Source: Ostrea edulis (lineage: Eukaryota). Taken from it: a DNA stretch of 64,000 bases. Below, piece by piece: positions 23,126 through 36,271 of this stretch. The notes below the pieces were generated by a model, which was not told the DNA's origin, made no database searches, and saw only the letters and a program-made list of their open reading frames with translations. The stretch is taken from the NCBI RefSeq assembly GCF_947568905.1, contig NC_079165.1, positions 12,338,001-12,402,000 on the forward strand, given 5' to 3'. The position numbers and the translations under genes are program-made. Positions within the stretch are counted from its first letter, which is position 1. Each line of letters begins with the position of its first letter.

Positions 23126-26100
23126 TCAAGTTTCGGTATCGAGCGTATCCGTCGAATTCGCTGCAATGTTCGTGAATGACACTTCCTGGTTCTGCGTAGA
23201 AGGTTTCTTCTTGAAGAAATCGCACATCTCTTTTCTGAAGAATTTGATGATAATCACAATGAAACCAATAATTATGATGACGAAGACTACAATTGCAAAA
23301 TAGATAGCCCAGTTTGTGGTAGGTTCCCTTTTCTTTCTAGGAGGTTTTGTGTGCCCTGTTCCTCTACCAGGCGGAGGAGCTGAATACAGAGAGAAGATAG
23401 TCCAATTCATTTCTATTTTGCATTTAACATATCCGGTAGTGATACTACGGTATTATTTTACGAACAGTAAGGGATGTTTCCATTCAAAAGAAATTAATTT
23501 GCATTGTCATTTTACAAATATCAATCTTTCTGAACGTATCATATTGCATGTAAAACTTATACGGTACCAATTTTGATGCACCAGTATGTAATATGAAAAA
23601 TAGTTAAAGTAAAATAGGTACAAAACAGACTAGCACTATATACATTGTAAATTACATGTTTATTCATTTATTTTTATTTTTGGCTAGCTAATGAATTAGT
23701 TTTTAAGGAGCGAATTATTCGTCCAATCGGTATTTCCACAAAGGACGAAGATATGATGGGCAACCCCCCCCCCTCTCTCGCTCTCCTTCCCTTGCATATG
23801 TAGGTTAATGTTAATTGCATCTTTATCATTATCCTTGTGTACATGTAAATCATAATATATCATTTACCTGGCGTAGTGGGTAGACATGTTTCTGAAACAA
23901 AAAAGAAATCATCGAAAGATTGAAGTTGAAATATTAAAGACCACCTTCATTTCATATGACACATCAATCACAGTGACAAAGCTCAAAGCTTTACATAGTG
24001 ATGCTTTACCGTTGATTTGCTTTGATTTCATTTTGAGAAATTCCGAAGCATGTGGTACATCGCTGCAGGTATCGTTAAATAATTGAAATACTGTAGAGGA
24101 CTCTTCTTGGGATATTTCCTATAAAGATTATAAATCAATTTAGAATATTTCTGATGGTTGCATTCTATATTAGAGTTTTTACATTGTTAATTACGTTCAA
24201 TTATTTTCAAAAAACATCTTTCATGTCAGATTTTTGTTTCATGTGATGCGTTGAATTTGATAACTCCTCCGTTTAACAAATCAATATACAAATAATTTGT
24301 CAGTACTAACAATGCAAATGAATCCATGACTAATTGATGAAGCAGAAAATGCATCGTCTGTCCATGTGTACAAATAGGTGATGTCATTCACTGTTTTGTG
24401 AAACAGACAGTGAAGGAGAAGAACATCTGAAAATAACAAAATGAATTACATTGATTTTATAGTGCAAAAATTAGCATACTCCTTACACTTACATTATGTC
24501 TTTTAACTGATTCGAAACGCGAGAACATAGTCTGCGCAGGATCAATTTTTAGAATCGAGGCAGGCTACTGGCGAATCAGTCGATGTTGTAGGGGTTTCAA
24601 CAGTGTCGTTTAAAAGAAAGGTGAAGATAACCAACAGTGATCAATCTCATAAATTCTATAAGCAATACAAAATAGATAGTTGGGCAAACACGGACCCCTG
24701 GACACACCAGAGGTGGGATCAGGTCATTAAAGGCAATATATCTTAAATTCTATGGTCGTTATAATTATACAACCCGTCATTAGGTTCAATGCTGTTTTAT
24801 GTTTTTCATACTAATTGTGTAACCGTTCTTTACACACTAATTTTGACTACCGGATGTAAAGCTTAAATTAATAAAGAGCTTGGTATTCTTTTTGGTATTC
24901 ACGGGATTGATTACCGTTCGTTATCTTTACTTTTTCATGTATATAGAAATGTATCACTACCTGGAATATAAGTATTGGATTGACATGATGAACTGGTGGA
25001 GATGGCGACTTGTGTGTTCTTCGCACATCCAGTGACGTAACTATCTATACATGCATTTTCTGTGCCGTTTTCATCTGCAGATAAACTCACGTAGGAATTC
25101 TTCAAGACGCTTGGACAGTCTACACTAACTATGTCCTCGCTCGACACTTGAAAATAAAATATTCTATGCATATATGCGCTTGGATTTTGTTTGTTTATTT
25201 ATTCATTTTTGCTTTCTTTCTGACATTGCATATGCCCAATAATAAAATTAGTATATTTCGTTTGCCATAAAGAAAATTAAAGATAAATGTAAAATGATCA
25301 ATTCTTTCTCATATACAAATATGACTCACCATTTTTAATTAGGCTATACATGTTGTCTATTGTGTTGGGGACAGTACATACGTCATCCATTGATGCATTC
25401 ATCTGATTCGACAAAGCATATATATTCTCGTTGACTGTTTTCTCTAGAGGTGTTGCAACATGATACATGTAATTGTCTGATTTCACTCTATCAAAACTAA
25501 GACAAAAGTACACGCTAACTTTGATGGAAAACACATCCACGTCTCGAGGAGATCTGTAATGACGTAACAAGATAAAAACGTGTTGCAAAACCTACACTCA
25601 TATTCTACCTTAAGATAGAGAGAGAGGAGGATGAGAGAAAAAAATAATCAAGGAATTATTCGAAAGGTTTATGAATTCTACTTAACCTTCTTATGATTAT
25701 ATCAGATAGGCAATTAGTTAATATTGGCAGCAAGACGAGCGAAAGCTTACTTAAGCAGGTAGTGCGTCCCATTGTTTTGAACACAGTGGAAATCCAGGGA
25801 AATTACTGCCGGTAAAATGACCGGATAATCATATATCACAGAGTCGCTGAACCTCAGGAAACCTTTGTCGGAGCTGATCCACACGCCTCTTAGATCCGAC
25901 GGGAACTGACATGACGAGGCATATATTGCTGTTAAAATATTTATTGGGAAAAATATGGCAAAGTGATTGATTTTGTGTTTCTTTTTACTTGAATTGCTCA
26001 TACTCAATATTCTTTAAAGTGCATTGAAACTAGAAACGTAGCAAAACATTAATATTTGATCAATGAAATAAATAATGCATACACAGCATCTTAAAAGTAT

Positions 26101-26196
26101 AAGTAAAATATATACAAGGCTGAAGACACACTTTTGGAGGGATATTTTACCCGTGACTCCTATGAATGTATGCAGGATAAAAATCATCAACGCCAT
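23126..26196 (-). CDS. Gene B: paralogous type-I membrane protein, ~370 aa
   Basis: Phase-consistent exons: 26196-26151 (MALMIFILHTFIGVT), 25928-25751 (SSCQFPSDLRGVWISSDKG...LDFHC...HYLLK), 25553-25330, 25146-24961, 24426-24311 (VLLLHCLF...GFICI), 24118-24010, 23379-23126 (RKKR, TM WAIYFAIVVFVIIIIGFIVIII, short tail). Confidence 0.88.
24622..24935. mobile_element. Two Penelope-like tail fragments in opposite orientation (24622-24724 minus, ~24755-24935 plus) in a gene B intron
   Basis: Both match the tail at 12045-12192 and 9178-9503. Confidence 0.68.
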
Positions 26197-27337
26197 TCTT
26201 CGTTTTTGCTTTTTTTTTCCTAAGGATTCCCACAAGTGGAATATTGATTTCACAAGTCACAATGCATTTTTCATTCAGAATAGACCTTTAAATGGAAATG
26301 AGAAATTCAAATTCAGTTAGAATTTGATAATTCCCTAATGCAGCTACAACACTTGGTAAGGACGATTTGTTTATCAACTCATTTAATCATAACGACGGTA
26401 TTTCAGAGGACAATGAAGGTGGATGGAAACAGCAGATACATATAAAACAATCAATAATCTTTCGAAATTGAATTAATAAAAACAATTTTAAAAATGTTTT
26501 GATAGATACAGCTATGTATTTTATATTTCATATTCATGTTGTATTTTACTGACCCGAATCAATATGAAAGAAAATACATTTACCTTTTTCGATCCTTATC
26601 AAAAATCCATTATGCGATTAAATGTTCCTCGTCCTCCTGCTTGTGCACTTCTTCACGAATAAATTCGTCGGTGATATATCGAAAATTTATTTTGAAGCTT
26701 AAGCCGCCTCGTTCCTTCAGTATTATATATTTCTTTCGTATATTTTAATGGATAAGGGTTTGGTTATTCAGTTGGTCGAAAGCATGTTTAATAATCGATC
26801 AGTGTTTAAAGGGAATATGAATGCGAGCGTGCCTTGGGTATTGTATTGGAAAAAAGTGCACGCATTCAAACAGTGAAATGTCTACACTGAATGTCCACAA
26901 AATTTAGATAACACAGATATGAATGTAAAGCGACAATGGATTAATCAGAAATTTTAACAAATGTCCATTGTAGTGTTTGGCGTTCATTAAACTACTCAGT
27001 TCTAACACATAAGAAGAAAAAAGAAAGATAACTCTAGATCTTTTATTGATCTACCAAGTTAGGAAATATATATTTCATGTGTGGAACTATCTAAAGTGCC
27101 AATTTAAAACATTCATCATATAAACTAATAGTCTTCAAAACATTATATTACTGCCAAAACAATTTATATTTTCCTATGGTTTAATTGTGAACCGGAAGAA
27201 TCTATACTCCCATCATGCACCACACGCTTTGGGTTTCCTGGTTATTCAATCCATAAGAACATCATTATTGAAGTCCCACTGTCTTTTAAAGCATTAATCA
27301 ATAAATACATGTATATCACTTCCTTTTGCACCAAATA

Positions 27338-30188
27338 TTAACAAGATTCAGATCCAAATGATACATCTTCATCATCCACTTCATCTCTGCTGATGATGGA
27401 AATGGTGGAAAATGGACTTGCTGCTCTAAAGATGGCCGAGTCAAAGCTGTAGAGACTGAGTCCATCTGGTTTTCTTGGCATTTTCCCGCGCATATAATCC
27501 ACTATGGTGTCAGTATATATGCACGTGATTTTTGGAGGAGGATGGATGGGTAGATTATCGATACTGAAGTCAGACTTGAATAAAGGAACAATTTGAATTG
27601 ACCGTTTGGGTCTGAAGTAATTGACAGGTTTGGAAACGGTGACCATTGCCTTTTTATGGTCAAAGCGTTGATGTCTCACTTTTTCCCCTTCCCCCATGAC
27701 AAGTGCTTTCTCTTCTTTTTTCTTCTTCATGTAAACTTTTAGACGTTTGCATAGCAATGCAAAAATCACGATCATGACAATTATAAACAGTCCCAGTAAT
27801 ATGAACAGGTAGTTAAGATCGGCAACAAACGGAGCTTCCGTGGTAGCTGAGAAAGGAAAATGTCAACACTGTGTAAAATATTGTCTTGATTTTAAAATTG
27901 ATGTTTAATTGAAAACAAAATCTCAACATTCTTAAGAGAGAAAATGCCTGATGAATAGACTTACGTACTTGGAATCAGAACTTGACAAGTATCTGAAAAA
28001 AGAGTTAGTGCTTGATATAAAAGGAAACAAAAGTATCTTTTCCTCTAGAAAAGAGGGACGTTATAGTGAATTGCATAAATGCTGGTCAGCTGTAAATCAT
28101 TCTGTTAAACCTGTGATGTCTTTCATTTCTAATGAAGAGGTCTCTGACGGATATTCTGTAAAGTTTATTGAATTTCCACAAAAGTTTGGTCTCTCATCCA
28201 GAAGCACCGTGCCATTCATATAATTTGTCATTTTCTACAAGTAGAGAGTTATAAAAAGCCATGATGCGTGTAATTGATATTGCACTGTGTAGTTTCTAAG
28301 CATCAGCAGTGGAATGAACAACATTGATTTCAGAAGTTTGTGGTTTAACTTACAAAACATGAAAATCTGAATGTTGAAGACGACAGCGTTTCATCGTTAT
28401 TCCATACAGAAAAATACGCCTGGTCATCAATAGTTCTTGTGTAAATGCATGTATACAGACCTCCGCCTGCAAACAAAACAGTCTTATTAGTTCCAAAACA
28501 ATTCTTTTGTTTCTGAAAATTATTTCGTGGATTTTTCGATTTTCATGAAACTCTTATTTTTCATTTTTTTTTTACAGTACAAACAAGAACACCTCCAATC
28601 AGTACCTGAGAGAGTTTTTTGTGTGCATTCATCTTGAGTGAAATTAAGCATGGTCTTGTTGGTGCAGCCATCGAGTTGTGCCGCCGCACAATTTTCGGAT
28701 GTACCCGACTGGCTTGTAAATGTAACATTGCTGTACACCTTCTGTAGGGCCTCAGGACACAGAGTTTGTATGGCATTATTTTCCACAGCGTCTATGAAAA
28801 TTACCCAGGATTCTTGTCACATAATATTATTGTCATCCGTAAATATTGAGTAGCGTTTTGGAAAACAATGACAAAGAGAGCCCTTTCGCTTTGGTATCCA
28901 TTGTCTTTGTGAATATGTACTTAAATGCTTATTGGTTTAGCGATGTGTGACCATTAAGGAAATGACCTCTATATGATTCGCATAATTACATCCGATATTT
29001 CTGTACTAAATTCATTATTTGGCGTACGTATGCACTACGTCATATGACATACCTTTTCGTAGTAGAACAATAAAATTGACGGGGTCTATGTAGCTACGAG
29101 TACAAATATTCTCATGGGAGTTGGATTTATCTTCAGCGATACCGACCATATTTTCTCGAATCAAGTTATCTACAGCTAAAACAAAAATTCGCAAGTTTAA
29201 AAAAAAAACCCACTTTTTATGGTTACTTTCATTTATTTCATCTCTACACACATGTAACGACATTGATGGAATAATGTACTCTACCTGTTGCATGGTAATA
29301 GTAGTTCAACTGGTCATTCACATTGTAGATATCAAGACAGATGTAAAAGAAGACGTTGGTTCCGAATATCACATTGAAGTTCACAGATCTACACAAAGCT
29401 TGATATTGTTAGTGAGGAAACAAATTTCTTTCTGTTGCAATAAACAACCAGGACAAACAAAACATATATCGAGTGATAAAAGTAATAATTTTCAAAGAAT
29501 GTGTGGTGCCCATAATTATTTTATATAAATTCCATGGATTCACTCAATTTGTTGTACTGATGCCGTGAAATCGACAGGGAATGCTTATTCCTCTTAGACA
29601 CCTGATCCCACCTCTGGTGTATCTAGGGGTTTGTGTTTGCCCTTCTCTTGAGTTTTGCATTCTTTGCGGGAATTATGAGAGATTGATCACTGTTCGCTAT
29701 CTTCACCATTTTACTTTTAATGTCCATGTTAAATGTGCTTACCTGATTGTGTACCGGTTGGTACCGACTTCAGTGAGACAAGTGAAATTATAGTAATCAA
29801 TTGTTGGATTGCTCGGGTCTGCAGACGGAATATAAACCTTGTAGTTATATATATAATCTGAGGTAATGGTTAGGTTTCCTCTTTCCGCACTTGTCCAGTC
29901 TCCCACCAAATAACTCGGAAAAGTGCACGTTCCCTCTGTATCATAAGATTAGAACAAATTAATTCAGGCAAATTAAATAAACTTCAGCGTGATTCAATAC
30001 ATGTAGACCTCTGTAACGTTTTATCTGCATGTTCTATATGAAATATTATATCTTACATGCAGCCATATATAGAAGATTCAGATATATTTATGCACGGTTA
30101 TATTTAAGGACATATTACCTGCAAATAGTATATTCAGCCCAAATACACACATAGCTTCAAAGAAATATGTCTTCATATTGAAAATCAT
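27338..30188 (-). CDS. Gene C: paralogous type-I membrane protein, ~473 aa
   Basis: Phase-consistent exons: 30188-30119 (MIFNMKTYFFEAMCVFGLNILFA), 29935-29743 (EGTCTFPSYLVGDWTSAERG...NFTC...RYTIR), 29388-29285, 29175-29053, 28791-28606, 28466-28354, 28234-28111 (weak donor gtttaa), 27846-27338 (TM YLFILLGLFIIVMIVIFALLC, long tail). Same intron positions as gene A. Confidence 0.88.
29568..29712 (+). mobile_element. Penelope-like 3' tail fragment in gene C intron
   Basis: cagggaatgcttattcctcttagacacctgatcccacctctgg...ttcgctatcttcacc. Confidence 0.72.
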
Positions 30189-30829
30189 GGCTTCAGAAAG
30201 TTCCGAGAGAAATGTGGCAATGGACGTATAACGAAAAAAGAGAAAAATGGCAATGTTACCTGTTACCAAGTACTCCGACCAAACAATATTTAATTTTGAA
30301 TGTATATACTCTTTGTTTTCATCTCATTTCATGATACGGGTGATTTCCACAAACAAATGTCACCTTGTTTCTCTCTCGGACTAAGATTTCATGATAATGC
30401 ATGGTTCATAAGTAAGCAGTGACAGCCTCTCTCAATTAAACACATGGATTTTAGCGACAGGTAAACTAACTCCAAAGGTATACCCAGAGTGCAAATGTTA
30501 ATGCATGCACTTGTTTGATTAAAAGGTATACATGATGTATTTATAATAAAGTTTTATCAATGGAACAGTAACGTTCACATTACACTTTTGGTAAATGAAA
30601 AGCAGATCTTTTTGCTTAAATTTCACTTCCGATTTCTTTTTCTAATACTGTATATCAAATATCTTTATGTCAAAAATATTTATATCAATATCTTTACATC
30701 AAATATTTTATTAAGATCAGTAATGTTATTATACATATGTACATCTAAGTGGCTGCTTAACGTTTGCCGATATTTTGTAGTTTTCAGTTCTTTGTGACAA
30801 TTTTATACTAGTATAAGTACATACGTATA

Positions 30830-31810
30830 AGTACATATACACTGCAATATACTTATCCGTACTGGTGTAAATACAATGTACTGACATGTACTAGTATAAA
30901 TACAATGCACTAACATATACTGGTATCAATTTGCAATGTACTTCTATGTACTAGGATAAATTACAATGTACTTACATGTACTAGTCTAAATTACAATGTA
31001 CTTACATGTACTGGTATAAATTTACAATGTACTTACATGTACTGGCATAAACTTACAATGTACTTACTTGTACTAGTGTAAATTTACAATGTACTGTTAG
31101 TATAAATTTACAATGTACTTACTTGTACTAGTGTAAATTTACATAGAATAAAATTACAATGTACTAACATGTACTGGTATAAATTTACAATGTACTAATA
31201 TGTACTAGGATAAATTTACAATGTACTTACATGTACTAGTATAAATTACAATTTACTAACATGTACTAGTATAAATTTACAATGTACTAACATGTACTAG
31301 GATAAATTTACAATGTACTAACATGTACTAGGATAAATTTACAATGCACTTACATGTACTGGTATAAATACAATGTACTAACATGTACTAGTATAAATTT
31401 ACAATATACTATCATGTACTAATATAAATTACAATGTACTAACATGTACTAGTATAAATTACAATGTACTTACCTGTACTAGTATAAATACAATGTACTT
31501 ATATGTATTAGTATAAATTTACAATGTACTTACATGTACTGGTATAAATTTACAATGTACTTACATGTACTAGCATAAATTTACAATGTACTAATATGTA
31601 CTAGTATAAATTTACAATGTACTTACTTGTACTAGTGTAAATTTACAATGTACTTACATGTACTAGTATAAATTTACAATGTACTAATATGTACTAGTAT
31701 AAATTTACAATGTACTTACTTGTACTAGTGTAAATTTACAATGTACTATTAGTATAAATTTACAATGTACTTACATGTACTAGTATAGATTTACAATGTA
31801 TTTACATACA
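30830..31810. repeat. 31-32-bp minisatellite (TACAATGTACTTACATGTACTAGTATAAATT[T]), ~30 copies
   Basis: Visible periodicity. Confidence 0.95.
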
Positions 31811-32303
31811 CTACATGTAATATAAATACACTACAACTTGATGTACAAAATATGTACTTTCCTGTACTAGAATAGAACGCTGCAACGTTGAAGATCCGTT
31901 GAAAGTTTATTTTTATTTAAGATTAAGTAACAATAGGATACATGTATGTAGTGTTTATTTTCATACACCTCACTCGCCCAGTTATTTATCTAAGGAACTG
32001 ATGAAGAGTAAACATATCCTGTTATACTAAGGAAATGAACTTTTAAGGCGACACCCAATTTCCGTGGCCCTCTTGCGCACAGGCTCTCGACGTTTTGAAT
32101 ATCTATGATAAAAAATTTCTTCCTGTAAACAAACTATGACAGTTGTTTTCAATCATAAATATTTAAAACGTCGAAAGCCTGTGCTCTGTTGGTATTTCAC
32201 ATGTATACATGTAGTGCACGTGTTAAAAATGGCTGGAATTATACACGTAAAAATTAAGCTTATACATTATGACAGAAGCTCAGCTTTTGTTTCATTATAT
32301 AAA

Positions 32304-32580
32304 AACATAGATTTAGTCTTCATTATCATCATTAAACTTATAAAAACAGAGATTTAGTCTTCATTATCATCATTAAACTTATAAAAACAGAGCTTTAGTC
32401 TTCATTATCATCATTAAACTTATAAAAACAGAGCTTTAGTCTTCATTATCATCATTAAACTTATAAAAACAGAGCTTTAGTCTTCATTATCATCATTAAA
32501 CTTATAAAAACAGAGCTTTAGTCTTCATTATCATCATTAAACTTATAAAAACAGAGCTTTAGTCTTCATTAACATCATTT
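32304..32580. repeat. 41-bp tandem repeat, ~6-7 copies
   Basis: TAGTCTTCATTATCATCATTAAACTTATAAAAACAGAGCTT repeated. Confidence 0.95.
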
Positions 32581-32647
32581 TTTAAAGAAGTACACGTATG
32601 TCGTCTTGTTTAATTTTCTCAATATGTACAATCATACAATTTTCTGA

Positions 32648-32779
32648 ACAGTAATGTCCACTAACAATATATACCTAACTCTATCCCTGTATACAGTAAT
32701 GTCCACTAACAATATATACCTAACTCTATCCCTGTATACAGTAATGTCCACTAACAATATATACCTAACTCTATCCCTG
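32648..32779. repeat. 45-bp tandem repeat x3
   Basis: ACAGTAATGTCCACTAACAATATATACCTAACTCTATCCCTGTAT repeated. Confidence 0.93.
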
Positions 32780-33392
32780 CATTTTCTCTAGGAGTTACAC
32801 GTAAATATACTTTGCAATTTCAAAGCCAGTGTCGGACTGACAAACCAAGATTGATTTTCCTGAGTGTGCTCCATGGAAATAGGAGTCATAATACAGTATA
32901 ATAGACTGTTTTCTCAAGAAACTGACTTGTCATGATAAATAATAGATAGAAACCGTATTCATTTGATGCGTCGACTTCCGTCTGTACCCGAACGGTGGTA
33001 ACCTTCTGCACAATGGGAGTAAGTGTGCTGAAGTTAGCAGAAGGGTCGACCCAAAGTTTATTGAGTTCGTAACAGTTTTGTCAGAAGACTCCCTTTCCGT
33101 TACAGTACGTCTGGTCGACACGGACATTTCTGTAACAAACCTGTAATATACATGTAACACGTGACGGCATAGCGGAGGAAGGTGAGACGCAGGATAAAGT
33201 ACAGAGAGGTTTGTTGACGACAGGTCTTCCTGTAAAATCTAGAGCAAAGGAAATATCAGACATATGGGATTCATAGGTCATAAGTACACAAAGTGCACGT
33301 GCTCTTGAACCTATATTGAAGTAGATATAGGGAACCGGCTTGTGCCTCCGAATGAATATAGGGGAGTACAGTATATCATATTTAGAACATAC

Positions 33393-34886
33393 CTGTGTGT
33401 ATCCACGGTAAACATAACGGAGAAATAAAATCTCAGAGATTCGCTGATCTGTAAATTGATTACATTTCTTGGAATATTATATGGATAATGTACATGTAAA
33501 TTATCGCATTTATTGCTGCGGTAGTGATGATACATAGTTCGGCGTCTCAGGAAGATTATCAAAAATGTTAAAGTGTACATGAACATTCCAAAAATTAACA
33601 CAGGCACCGGAAGTGTGGATAGCCTGTATAGATCTTATGTACATATCCTCCCCCCTTCTAGAATGAAATTATTTTTATACAGAGTCAATAATTTAATATC
33701 CAAAATATATTATTTCCCCACCGATCACCCTCATAAGTCGTTCTGAATAATCAGTTTCTACCTTATGTAAGGTTTTGAGATGACCACTTGTGAGATACTA
33801 ATATATATGTAAAGGTGTGCAACAAATCACGTAAACAAACAGGGGGCTACCTGCTTCGAGACCGATTCACGGGGTATAAACCAACTTTATCGAAGGAATT
33901 TCTGCAAATATTTCGTCAGGATGATGTAGTTCTACTTAAGTCTTTCATCTAAATCCCATGTCATCCTTTTTATTTGTCATATTCTGCCATTTATTTCATC
34001 GTACCCGAGATTTTACGCCCATTGACAGCCTTAAAGGACGTCGTGACATCACTTTACACATATAATAGTATCTCACAAGTGGTCAACTCAAAAGCTTACA
34101 GAAGGTAAAAACTGACTATTCAGAACGACTTATGAGGGTGATCGGTGGGGGAAATAACCCTAACCCATATTTTGGATATTAAATTATTGGTTCTGTATAA
34201 AAATAATGTCATTCAAGAATGGGGGTATGTACATAAGATCTATACAAGCTATTCACACTCCAGGTGCCTGTGGAAATTAAGTGTCCTAAACTACAATAAG
34301 AAATGTAAGGAATTTCATAGAACAACCAAAAAAGCTAGCTACCAGTTTGTTGCCAACACAGATACGCACGTGTGAGCGCGCGCGTGCACACACACATAAA
34401 GCTCAAACGACACGAACACTAAATTTTCAAGATTTCGGGACAGTCCGTATCTTCCTCAAGAAAAAGAAGCTAATTACACGCGAACAAGAAACAACTGATC
34501 ATTAATAAGTGGGCTATTTATAAGGAAATGGAAAAAAAAACCAAAAACCAAAAAACCCAACAAACTCAGCACCATTTGTAAACTGATTGACCACAAAATT
34601 CTTTTCTAATTTCAAACTTTAAAGAATTTGGAACTTTCATAACAAATGTGGGTACAAGAACTTGACAACAAGTCACATGGTGCTTGAATGAAAACAAATT
34701 ATTAGTTCTTCATGAAACCCTTTCTTTGTTTCAAAGGTGTAAAGTCTAGTACTCTACCGGGACTGCTGTCGGTGGGGTAGAAAAAAAAACCTGTACCCAC
34801 AGGCTGACGTTTTATTAAAGAACAATCCCCTTTGTCAATAGCTATCCAGGTGCACTTAAATTTCGGTGGAAACGAACAAGAAGTAA
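33393..34886 (-). pseudogene. Gene D: decayed fourth paralog of the A/B/C family
   Basis: Exon from 34886 encodes TSCSFPPKFKCTWIAIDKG, then two frameshifts (..LFFNKTSACGY.., RVLDFT). The next phase-2 exon starts at 34290 and is split by the 33599-34272 MITE; the restored empty site reads LGHLIFG (compare LVFG and VIFG). Confidence 0.65.
33599..34272. mobile_element. MITE with ~200-bp TIRs (CACAGGCACC...GGTGCCTGTG) and 8-bp TSD
   Basis: Long inverted arms. Flanks are AAAATTAA (33591-98) and GAAATTAA (34273-80). Same family as 41852-42263. Confidence 0.88.
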
Positions 34887-35650
34887 CTGTTGAACAAGAG
34901 AAATGTTTTGTATTACGCACATTTTATTAAATCAAATATCAGGTTAACGCCTTCCGTGTGCTTCAGACACCGGACCATGAATCTGAAATGTAATTAAAAC
35001 TTGGTCACTAATGATTAAATTATGATAAACAACAGCTTTGTGCCTAATTCATATCAATAACAAAAGGCGTCATGGTTGATATGCACGTGTGTACAGGTAC
35101 AGTAAATGTGTCACATTATTTTTCATGTGATCCATGATATTATGTTACGTGTATATATCACAAGGTTTTGTAAATTACACATAACACATATATTGATTCA
35201 AAGTGACATAGAGTTCCGTTTGAACCGGTTGTTAATTTATTTATTCAATTTGTAAAATGTTGTGAATTACTGTCAAACACTTGTCACTATAACAAATTAT
35301 CGACGATGCCTACTTACATTCAATGGTTGCGTGCATGTAGTTTTCATGCATTGTATTGTTAATGTTTGAAATATAAATTGTCGACAAAAAACTTGTAATT
35401 TCTTCGTTGATAATCAGTATATTGATTTGTGTTTGTGGTTTTTTTTTTATCAACTTTATTTTGTTTTGGTTTGTTTCATTCTGATTGAGCAAAATTTCTC
35501 CTATGAAAATCAACATATCCCTGGAATGTATTGACTTAAGTGAAAATTTGTCATATGATACAACGGGAATTTATCATACGAATTACATGCAGATTTTATG
35601 GGGGGAAAAACAACACACCAAGTGTTGAATAATGAGGCGCCGTCTCTTAG

Positions 35651-35741
35651 ACAATCTGATTAAAATCAGATCCTCGATCCGCTCGACAAGAAAAAAAAAA
35701 AAAAGAGGAGCGGATCGAGGATCTGATTTTAATCAGAGTGT
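35651..35741. mobile_element. Tiny palindromic MITE-like element
   Basis: ACAATCTGATTAAAATCAGATCCTCGATCCGCTC ... GAGCGGATCGAGGATCTGATTTTAATCAGAGTGT, flanked by the direct repeat CTCTTAG. Confidence 0.7.
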
Positions 35742-35781
35742 CTCTTAGAGGAAGTTATATTTTAAAACATTCCTTTAATTA

Positions 35782-35782
<1 letters not shown>

Positions 35783-35847
<65 letters not shown>

Positions 35848-35848
35848 C
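35783..35848. repeat. (CA)n followed by (TA)n microsatellite
   Basis: Direct reading. Confidence 0.97.
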
Positions 35849-36089
35849 TGTTGTCCAGATTCAATTCAAGAGAGATTTCAACGAAAAAACAAGGTGCAAA
35901 ATGAAATAACTCTTTTATTATAATAGTTTTCTTTATGGTAAGTACTTATGTAAACACCAGTAATTACAGCGGCGGCATTTCAGCAGCTGTAAACCATTGT
36001 TCTAATGCAAAATTAAACTAGATGAAATTACCCATTTATATCTTATACTGAAATTTGAAGTGAAATATATTTCATATCGGCAGGTGATA

Positions 36090-36091
36090 AC

Positions 36092-36126
<35 letters not shown>

Positions 36127-36138
36127 CATTCACAGAAT

Positions 36139-36175
<37 letters not shown>

Positions 36176-36212
36176 ACATTCACAGAATCAAGAGAGAGAG
36201 CATTCACAGAAT

Positions 36213-36271
<59 letters not shown>

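Noticed and set aside
29421-29440. Alternative acceptor (caacag) for gene C exon 3
   Set aside because: It leads to an in-frame stop. The acceptor at 29389-90 restores the 104-nt exon that matches gene A.
32900-32990. TEVDASNEYGFYLLF...VYY resembling the Eph ligand-binding domain (NTE...GFYLAF...VYY)
   Set aside because: The spacing is shorter, the conserved GAC cysteine is missing and the upstream sequence does not match. Probably chance.
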